Shown: positions 55,694 to 62,407 of the stretch, piece after piece
Layout of the letters: each line of letters begins with the position of its first letter
Numbering within the stretch: the stretch's first letter is position 1
DNA from: Candidatus Daviesbacteria bacterium
GTDB taxonomy: Bacteria > Patescibacteriota > Microgenomatia > Daviesbacterales > UBA10151
Length of the DNA stretch: 62,407 nt
Direction of reading: 5' to 3'
NCBI GenBank assembly: GCA_003519445.1
Contig: DOWS01000046.1
Span: 1 to 62,407, forward strand
Notes under the pieces: model-generated
What the model saw: the letters and a program-made list of their open reading frames with translations, nothing else
What the model was told of the DNA's origin: nothing
Databases searched by the model: none
Position numbers and translations under genes: made by a program

Positions 55694-56587
55694 TTAATAA
55701 TTTTTCTCTTTCTTGTTTTTAGCAATAATTAACCCAATGGGGGACTGATTAATCAAATACAAAAAAATCTGCCAAAGAAGCACTATCATCAGTATTGGTG
55801 AGGCAATTACTAAGTAAAGCAGGGAAACATTTTTTTTAAACAAGGCTGAAGTATTAATTCTTAAAACTGCCAAAATACTGGCCACAAAACCACCTAATGA
55901 GTATTCAGGGGCTATGACACTTTGGCAAGAGAGTATCTTAAGATTATTATTTTTAAGTACTTTAATGAGTCCTTTTATCGTAAGATGAGATAAATGTCTG
56001 GGGGGGTCCAGATGAAACCAATATTTTGAAAATATTTTTGATTCTAAACTGTTATATCTGGGAAATTCAATCATAATAAGACCGTTTTTATTTAGAAGCG
56101 AGCTTGCTTTTTTAATATATTCTGCAGAATTTGAAATATGCTCCAGACTTTCCCAAAAAACCACGGCATCGAATTTTTGTTTTATTTGCCACTTAATAAA
56201 GTCTTTTTTAATGACATCTGGGTTTTTAATTTCAGCACCCGGGATGTCTAAATTAATTACCTTAAATTGATTGGATAAAGATCTACCGAATATTCCTTCG
56301 CCAGAGCCTACATCCAAAATTTTCCCTGTACTTAAGTATTTTTTTATCCATTTTTTTCTACGGGCTTGGAATAATTGATATAACATTTCTTTTAATATTC
56401 CGGTTACGCCGGGACTTTTCCAATAAATATCAGAGTAATATTTTCCAATATTTTTAGGTACAGGATAGGTAAATCCTAGAAAACAGTTGTTGCAATAAAG
56501 AATATGAAATTTTTGGTTGAGTGTAGGTAGAGTTAGGGTAGTATTTGTTTGACACTGCGGGCATCTTAGTTTATTCTTTGATTTCAT
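55694..56587 (-). CDS. Class I SAM-dependent methyltransferase with N-terminal CxxC...CxxC
   Basis: CPQC, CNNC, LDVGSGEG, ESLEH, PPRHL.H. Start set at ATG 56587. Confidence 0.8.
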   Translation of the reverse strand: MKSKNKLRCPQCQTNTTLTLPTLNQKFHILYCNNCFLGFTYPVPKNIGKYYSDIYWKSPGVTGILKEMLYQLFQARRKKWIKKYLSTGKILDVGSGEGIFGRSLSNQFKVINLDIPGAEIKNPDVIKKDFIKWQIKQKFDAVVFWESLEHISNSAEYIKKASSLLNKNGLIMIEFPRYNSLESKIFSKYWFHLDPPRHLSHLTIKGLIKVLKNNNLKILSCQSVIAPEYSLGGFVASILAVLRINTSALFKKNVSLLYLVIASPILMIVLLWQIFLYLINQSPIGLIIAKNKKEKNY

Positions 56588-56616
56588 CTCGTGGGATTTA
56601 TTATATAATAATTTCA

Positions 56617-58491
56617 ATGAACAAAACTATTAAATTAGTTCAAAATACGGTATTGCTTGCATTATTAATAGTTACGGTTGCTATTTCCAACTATTATCTG
56701 TTAAGTGATTCGCTGACTTTGGGTTTTAAGCCGGATGATTGGATTCTATATTTTTCCTATAAGGCTCTTGGCACGAATCCTCTTTCTCAAATTGTATCGG
56801 TTTGGGCTGAAAGGGGAATATATACCACATACCAGGTTTACTATATGGGTTTTTTGGATAGCCTTTTTGGCTTGAATTATTATTCATTTCACTTTGTTAA
56901 CTTAATCTTTAAGATTGTTGCCACCATAAGTTTATACCCTTTAATTCTCGTACTGTCTAAAAACAAGTTACTGGCAGTTTTATCCGTAATTCTGTTTGCT
57001 ATTAGTCATTCAACAGTAGGCCCCTTAGAGCTTGTTGTTAAGGGGAGCGATTATTTAGCCATCATTTGGATGAACCTTTTTTTGATAGTGTACTATCTGA
57101 TAATTGTAGATAAGCTGGTTGGATTAAAATACCACCTTCTTTTATTTATTCTTTTTATTCTATCTTTGGCTTTTTCACCAATTAGAATTTTCCCACTTAT
57201 AGTAATTCCACCTATGGTTGAAATATTTTTGATATTAAAACACTTTGATTGGACTGCAATTAAAAAGTCTTTTATCAGGCTTGTAGTTCTTTATTGGCCC
57301 TTTATTGTTTTAATTCTATATTCTCCCATTTCCGTATTAGGGAATGCCGGAGGTCCTTTTGGAGTCTTTGAACAAGTTTCAAAAGGTAATTGGTTTTATG
57401 TTTTAGCACCAATTTCAGGAATAGGTTACACTTTCATAGCCAATGATTATTGGGGTAAAATTTTCGGTTTGTTAATAACAGATAATTTTAAAAATTATCT
57501 GTATTTTTTATCAGGAGGACCCACAATTATTTGTGGAGCATTAACTGCAGCAGTAGCTTGGTCAAGAATTCCAAAACGGAAACTCCTTTTTTTTATTCTG
57601 ACTACCGCATTGAATTTTATTCTGCAAATACTTTTTTTCTTTATTGCTTTTCACCACTTAGGAATTACTTCTTCAAATGTAAATTATGATCCCTCAAATC
57701 TTTATTCAGTAATTTTTGGAGGATATATAGTGGTATCCGGTTTTATGGTATTTCTAAATTGGTTAAAATGGGGGGGGAGCGATAGAGTTTTAGCTTTACT
57801 TTGGATTGGTTCAGTTTTTTTGTTTATTTTTACTTTCCTGACATGGGTTTTTGCACCCTTGGGGACAGGATTTAGCAGTACAAGCTATTATTTGGTGGTT
57901 GCCTCAATTGGATCTTCCCTTATGATTGCAACTTTTTTAGTGTCAATCTATGAAAAGATAAAGCATCGGTTAAAATTGTTAGCTTTTTTACCATTCTTGA
58001 TTATTATCTTGATTTTTGGAATGAGTAGTCACGAGATCCGGCAGAGGTTTTCCAGTCTAAATAAGGATGGCCGTGGTGCGGTGGGACAGATTATAATGCA
58101 AGAGGAAGCAAGACGGGTTTTGAAAGATTACAAGGTGGGAGATTTAATCTTGGTTTATTTTGATACTTCGGATATTAGCGGTAATGGGCAGTTCTATTCA
58201 GAGGGATTTCTGACAAGCCTTCCTTTTTTTATGCATTTTCGTGATAACAAAATAGTTGACGGTTGCATTGGAGTAATCTTTGAAGATAGTAACATGGTAG
58301 AATTAAGGAAATTGGTTCAAGCTCAAAATGGAATAAAAGGATTTAATTACCCGAGTTTATGTATAACTGAAGGAAAAAGTAGCTTAAGAACCTTATTTTT
58401 TACTCAAGATCACTTTTATGCATTCAAAATTAAGGATAGAAAACTGATTGATATTAAAGAGAGTGTTTTGAATCAGTTACATGTTAAGTAA
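56617..58491 (+). CDS. GT-C-like membrane glycosyltransferase (GtrII-like)
   Basis: PDDW after TM1, FG.NY..FH..N, many TMs, soluble C-terminus. TATAAT 7 nt before ATG 56617. Confidence 0.62.
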   Translation: MNKTIKLVQNTVLLALLIVTVAISNYYLLSDSLTLGFKPDDWILYFSYKALGTNPLSQIVSVWAERGIYTTYQVYYMGFLDSLFGLNYYSFHFVNLIFKIVATISLYPLILVLSKNKLLAVLSVILFAISHSTVGPLELVVKGSDYLAIIWMNLFLIVYYLIIVDKLVGLKYHLLLFILFILSLAFSPIRIFPLIVIPPMVEIFLILKHFDWTAIKKSFIRLVVLYWPFIVLILYSPISVLGNAGGPFGVFEQVSKGNWFYVLAPISGIGYTFIANDYWGKIFGLLITDNFKNYLYFLSGGPTIICGALTAAVAWSRIPKRKLLFFILTTALNFILQILFFFIAFHHLGITSSNVNYDPSNLYSVIFGGYIVVSGFMVFLNWLKWGGSDRVLALLWIGSVFLFIFTFLTWVFAPLGTGFSSTSYYLVVASIGSSLMIATFLVSIYEKIKHRLKLLAFLPFLIIILIFGMSSHEIRQRFSSLNKDGRGAVGQIIMQEEARRVLKDYKVGDLILVYFDTSDISGNGQFYSEGFLTSLPFFMHFRDNKIVDGCIGVIFEDSNMVELRKLVQAQNGIKGFNYPSLCITEGKSSLRTLFFTQDHFYAFKIKDRKLIDIKESVLNQLHVK

Positions 58492-59239
58492 AATGATACA
58501 TTATAAAAATAAAGGTTCTGAAGTTATAGTGGTAATTCCTGCATATAATTCAGAGAAAACAATTGAAAAAGTATATAAGAATATACCCACAGGATTAGTT
58601 GATGAAGTTATCATAGTTGATGACGGATCAAAGGATAATACCGTAGCAGTTATAAAAGAATTAGGTATAAAGCCGATTATTCATACAAAAAACTTGGGGT
58701 ATGGAGCAAACCAAAAAACTTTATATACTAATGCAATAAATTCAGGGGCAAAATATGTAATTATGCTTCACCCTGACGGCCAGTATGATCCCCGGGACCT
58801 GCCAAAATTTATTAATGCTTTAAAAGCCGGTAAAGGAGACCTGATTTTAGGGTCGCGTTTTTTGTCAAAGGGGGTTAACGAAACTCCGGGATATAAATCA
58901 ATTTCGTTAAAATTGATAGCAGTACTTTTTAATCTAGTGTTGGGTTTAAATTTATCTGAAGTTAATACAGGATACCGAGGTTATACTGCTAAATTATTAA
59001 GAGTGATTCCCTTTATGAAAAACGGCAATGGATATATTTTTGATCCCCAACTTATTATTCAAGCGGTTTATTTCGGTTTCAAAATTGCCGAAGTGCCGGT
59101 TTCCAAAAAATATAACAAAGAGGCCATCTCGCCCAATTTTTCTAAGTCTATTCAGCACGGGTTTGAGAATATGCAGCTTTTAATAGAATATATTCTGCAC
59201 CGTCTGAAATTGAAACAGGCTACTTTTTTAACAGCTTAA
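58481..59239 (+). CDS. GT2, DPM1-like polyprenyl-phosphate sugar synthase
   Basis: IPAYN, DDGSKD, NLGYGANQK, HPDGQY, GSRF, TGYR, EVPV; paralog of 54905-55639. Confidence 0.85.
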   Translation: MLSKMIHYKNKGSEVIVVIPAYNSEKTIEKVYKNIPTGLVDEVIIVDDGSKDNTVAVIKELGIKPIIHTKNLGYGANQKTLYTNAINSGAKYVIMLHPDGQYDPRDLPKFINALKAGKGDLILGSRFLSKGVNETPGYKSISLKLIAVLFNLVLGLNLSEVNTGYRGYTAKLLRVIPFMKNGNGYIFDPQLIIQAVYFGFKIAEVPVSKKYNKEAISPNFSKSIQHGFENMQLLIEYILHRLKLKQATFLTA

Positions 59240-59251
59240 TTTAACAGGTAT

Positions 59252-61141
59252 ATGAAAATGAAATTGTGGATATTTTTGTTCTTAATCGGTTTAGTTTTTT
59301 TTATCCAATTTACCCTCTTACAACCAATCATTCAATACAGATTATTTGTAGAAGATTGGACTATGCTTACAGGTTATAAATATCTCTATCCTAACCCCTT
59401 TTTAAGATTTGTAGATGTTTGGACGGGCAGTGGTGGCCTGCACACTACTGCACAAATATATTATATAGGGATATTATCCGATTTTTTGGGCTATAATTAT
59501 CGAGCTTTTCATGTTATCAATGTAATATTAAAAGGCATAGCTACTTTGACACTTTTTCCATTGGTATTGATTCTGTTTAGAAATAAACTGCTTGCTTTTT
59601 TGACTACTATTTTCTACGCAATTAGCGCCGGCTCGGCAGGACCTTTGATAATGGTAATTAAAGGCGGGGAGTATTTGGCGGTATCAGCATTAAATATATT
59701 CTTAATTGTTTATTATTATGCGATTTCTAAAAAGTCGATTTTTCTTGTTGCTCTTTCGTCTTTTTTATTTCTTCTTACTTTTCTTCTTTCCCCATCAAGG
59801 ATGTTCCCAATTTTTTTTCTGGTTTTACTCGTAGAAATATTTTGGTTAGTAAAGTCTGGAAGTCTTAAGAATTTAAAGTTTTCCCTATTAAGACTTTTAT
59901 GTTTTTATATTCCGGTTTTTTTGATTGCAAGATCTGCTCCTGTTTCTTCATGCTGCCCATTTGCTTCCCGCCCGCCTATTATTTTAAAAGAAATTCTTGA
60001 CGGTAATTGGCATAATCTCCTTGTTCCATTCGCCGGAATCGGTTATTCGCTTTTGACTACGGATTTTTGGAAATATTTTGGTTTTATTGATATGGCAACT
60101 TTCATGGATTTTGGCAAGTATCTGTTTTTGCTTTTCAGGAGCTCTGCAATTTTCTTTTTTGTAACTATATTGATTTCAATAATAATTTCAAAAAAGCCCG
60201 GTAAATTTTTCATTTTAGTTTTTGCCACAAATTTTATTCTGGATGTTTTAATGTTTTTTGTAGCAAGTCACCATTTTTATATACCAGATAAGCTTAGATC
60301 GTTTATGGATCCTTCTTTCTATCTAATTACCAAATACCCGGCATTAGTGGCTCTTTATGTATTTACTGTATCCTTTTTTGCATTTTTAGAATGGAAAAAA
60401 TCCGAAAGCAATAAACCTTTACTTATGGCTTTGTGGGTAGGCCCGGTTTTTTCGGTTGCTTTCTTGTGGCCAACTTGGTTAGTTATAGGGACATTGATAG
60501 GTTATTATACCAGTGTTAGTTGGTACTTAATTATACCCCCAATAGGCCTTTCGTTATTTATATCTGCGGTTCTAGTTTTGTTCTACGAGAAATTAAAATA
60601 TACAAGTGCGTTGAGGAGTATTGCCATATTAGTTATATGTGCCATAATTTTCGTTTTATATAAAACAAGCGGGATGGAAATTACCAGAGCTTTTATGGGT
60701 ATAAATCCGCAAAGAGTCAAGATTACCGATCAAGGATTACTGCAGGATAAATTACTGGCAAAAATCGGCGGCCGCTATAAAAGCGGAAACCTTTTTGTCT
60801 ATTTTGATATAGAAAATGATGTTAAATATTCTAAACAGTATTACCAGGACGCACTGTCTTTAGATCATTTTGAATATTGGATGCATATTAGAAGATCAGA
60901 TGGTTTGGGTGGTTGCGTTTCAGGTATAAGCAATAAGGATGTTTTAAGAAAAGCTGTTAAATCTAGTGACGCGAAAGTGGAATTTGTTTACAAAGGAATT
61001 TGTATGGAGATGGATAAGAAGGAAGTCCAAAAGTCTGACGATGCTATAGTTTACGATGTTAATGATTTCTACGCCTATAAATTAGAAAACGGAGAGTTTA
61101 TAGATATTAAGGAACAGACGCTTAAGGAGATAAATCCTTAA
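59252..61141 (+). CDS. GT-C-like membrane glycosyltransferase, paralog of 56617-58491
   Basis: EDW, Q.YY.G.L, GPL..V.KG..YLA, SP.R.FP, GNW..L.P..GIGY, VYFD and FYA.K..DIKE are all shared with 56617. Confidence 0.62.
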   Translation: MKMKLWIFLFLIGLVFFIQFTLLQPIIQYRLFVEDWTMLTGYKYLYPNPFLRFVDVWTGSGGLHTTAQIYYIGILSDFLGYNYRAFHVINVILKGIATLTLFPLVLILFRNKLLAFLTTIFYAISAGSAGPLIMVIKGGEYLAVSALNIFLIVYYYAISKKSIFLVALSSFLFLLTFLLSPSRMFPIFFLVLLVEIFWLVKSGSLKNLKFSLLRLLCFYIPVFLIARSAPVSSCCPFASRPPIILKEILDGNWHNLLVPFAGIGYSLLTTDFWKYFGFIDMATFMDFGKYLFLLFRSSAIFFFVTILISIIISKKPGKFFILVFATNFILDVLMFFVASHHFYIPDKLRSFMDPSFYLITKYPALVALYVFTVSFFAFLEWKKSESNKPLLMALWVGPVFSVAFLWPTWLVIGTLIGYYTSVSWYLIIPPIGLSLFISAVLVLFYEKLKYTSALRSIAILVICAIIFVLYKTSGMEITRAFMGINPQRVKITDQGLLQDKLLAKIGGRYKSGNLFVYFDIENDVKYSKQYYQDALSLDHFEYWMHIRRSDGLGGCVSGISNKDVLRKAVKSSDAKVEFVYKGICMEMDKKEVQKSDDAIVYDVNDFYAYKLENGEFIDIKEQTLKEINP

Positions 61142-62127
61142 TTATCTCGTTCCGGCCCTTTGCCGGATCCTTCCAGTGTTTTCGTCATTGTCTCTTGCCA
61201 TCCCTTAAGATATTGTAACGATCTTTGCAATTCTCTTTGAAAACTTTCTTCTTTTTGGAGATTAAAACCAAATATATTCAGATGATTTTGTAAAAGTTTA
61301 AGATACTGCCTTTCTGTTTCAAAGCGTAATCCCCATTCTTTAGGATTTTTGTTGCTTGCGGCTCCAAGAGTAGTCATATAAGCTTGTTGTAATAAAGAAT
61401 AATCTCCTGTAATTTTAGCGTCTAACGACATAATAAATTGTAACGGTGTTTCAAATGTCAATACATTATGAGTTTCAGCAGATTTGATAGTTGCTCCTCC
61501 CTCTTTTGCAATAATAATCCATTTGGGTTGGGGGAAACTAATTGGTTCCATCTCTGGAGAGCGTCTTAGTATTTCTTCTACCACATCAGCCGACATAACA
61601 TGAGCAGTACTGCCAATATCTAGCGGTATTCCAAATGCTTTACTATATAATCCTTTGAACTCCGTCTCTGTATGGACTAAAGGGGGATGATGAGCTAAAA
61701 AATCTTTTAGACTCCTGCGGAGATTTAAGTAGCTACCGGTATCGCCAATATTTGCTGCCATTTCTGCCATTTCTGACAAATCCTTTGGATAATACTTTGC
61801 GGCAACAACAATTCTGTCCCAATCAGTATATTGAATTTTACTAATTCCTAATTCCCTGGTAACAGCAAGTGCTTTGCGCAAGGCATTCAGGTGATTATTT
61901 TCAATTTCGTTGTCAACGATGGGGCTTGTTAAATCAGGCTCTGTAATATAAATTCCCCGTTCTCCTTTAGATCTAAGCAATTCTTTTACAAGAGGATCTG
62001 TTGTTGCAGTAATACTGAAAACCCACCCGCGGTAATTTGACAAAACAACATCCACTGCCTGTTGCAGAGGTTTTAATAGCGCTCCTTTTGGATCATGTAG
62101 CGTTGAGGTTAATAGGACATTTTGCAT
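61138..62127 (-). CDS. Hypothetical protein, possibly a divergent GT-A-fold family member
   Basis: TLHDP.G, YTDWDR (DxD-like), HP....TE, FETP and EW..R motifs; soluble; 329 aa. Confidence 0.45.
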   Translation of the reverse strand: MQNVLLTSTLHDPKGALLKPLQQAVDVVLSNYRGWVFSITATTDPLVKELLRSKGERGIYITEPDLTSPIVDNEIENNHLNALRKALAVTRELGISKIQYTDWDRIVVAAKYYPKDLSEMAEMAANIGDTGSYLNLRRSLKDFLAHHPPLVHTETEFKGLYSKAFGIPLDIGSTAHVMSADVVEEILRRSPEMEPISFPQPKWIIIAKEGGATIKSAETHNVLTFETPLQFIMSLDAKITGDYSLLQQAYMTTLGAASNKNPKEWGLRFETERQYLKLLQNHLNIFGFNLQKEESFQRELQRSLQYLKGWQETMTKTLEGSGKGPERDN

Positions 62128-62132
62128 AATTT

Positions 62133-62393
62133 TTACCCATTGAGCATTTGATTCTTAAATCTTTTTAATGCTTCATCTATGTTAGTGATATGGAATCCAA
62201 GAGACTCTATTTTTTCTGTACTTAACCAGGTATTTTTGGGTCTTGGCGCAACCCTTTTTCTTGATAAATTTAAAAATGAAATTGGTTTTATTAAAGATGT
62301 GTCCAGATTCATTGTATTGGCAATTTTCTGGGCAAATCGCAAAGGAGTTATATGCTCATTGGGGGAATAATTACCTGCTACATGGAACTGGTT
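62133..62393 (-). pseudogene. C-terminal part of an RmlD-like reductase, broken by in-frame stops near the window end
   Basis: FHVAG...ITPLRFAQKIA...APRPKNTWLSTEK. Just upstream of FHVAG the frame contains TGA (62396-94) and TAG (62402-400). Confidence 0.6.
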
Positions 62394-62407
62394 TCAAAAC
62401 TATAGTT

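Noticed and set aside
971..62370. Numerous 60-140 aa ORFs nested in or antisense to long genes (e.g. 48533-48958, 49471-49899, 46879-47190)
   Set aside because: Shadow ORFs of well-supported genes, with no motifs or independent start signals.
1..62407. Alternative genetic code (TGA=Gly, as in Gracilibacteria/Absconditabacteria)
   Set aside because: Long ORFs are complete in code 11 and TGA repeatedly ends genes in ATGA/GTGA overlaps. The broken RmlD-like frame also contains TAG.
1..62407. CRISPR array, tRNA, rRNA, DGR or retron
   Set aside because: No regularly spaced repeats, cloverleaf/rRNA signatures or reverse-transcriptase motifs were seen, and intergenic spaces are very short.

Overview
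AT-rich bacterial DNA read in standard code 11 (TGA works as a stop in many ATGA/GTGA gene overlaps). Gene content and promoter style suggest Patescibacteria/CPR, Microgenomates-like; this is an inference. The window has two parts. (1) About 1-6.6 kb is a decaying defence/mobile island. It holds an intact, coupled operon of MazG-like NTP pyrophosphohydrolase, PD-(D/E)xK-nuclease/DUF2075 SF1 helicase and RadC(JAB), and an XRE + ImmA/IrrE peptidase switch with a perfect palindromic operator. It also holds a BRO-N gene and fragments of KilA-N-type, RhuM-type and type IIG restriction-modification genes. (2) About 6.6-62.4 kb is a very large cell-surface glycosylation locus. It encodes about 17 predicted GT-C-fold membrane glycosyltransferases from several subfamilies, 4 polyprenyl-phosphate-sugar synthase-like GT2s, 3 other GT2s, 3 GT4s and 2 MOP/Wzx flippases. 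It also encodes nucleotide-sugar enzymes (dehydrogenase, SDRs, C-methyltransferase, RmlD-like), a secreted LCAT/PGAP1-like hydrolase and a few orphans, and contains a nested palindromic MITE-like element. I found no rRNA, tRNA, CRISPR array, integrase or transposase. All family assignments come from motifs recognised by eye, not from database searches.
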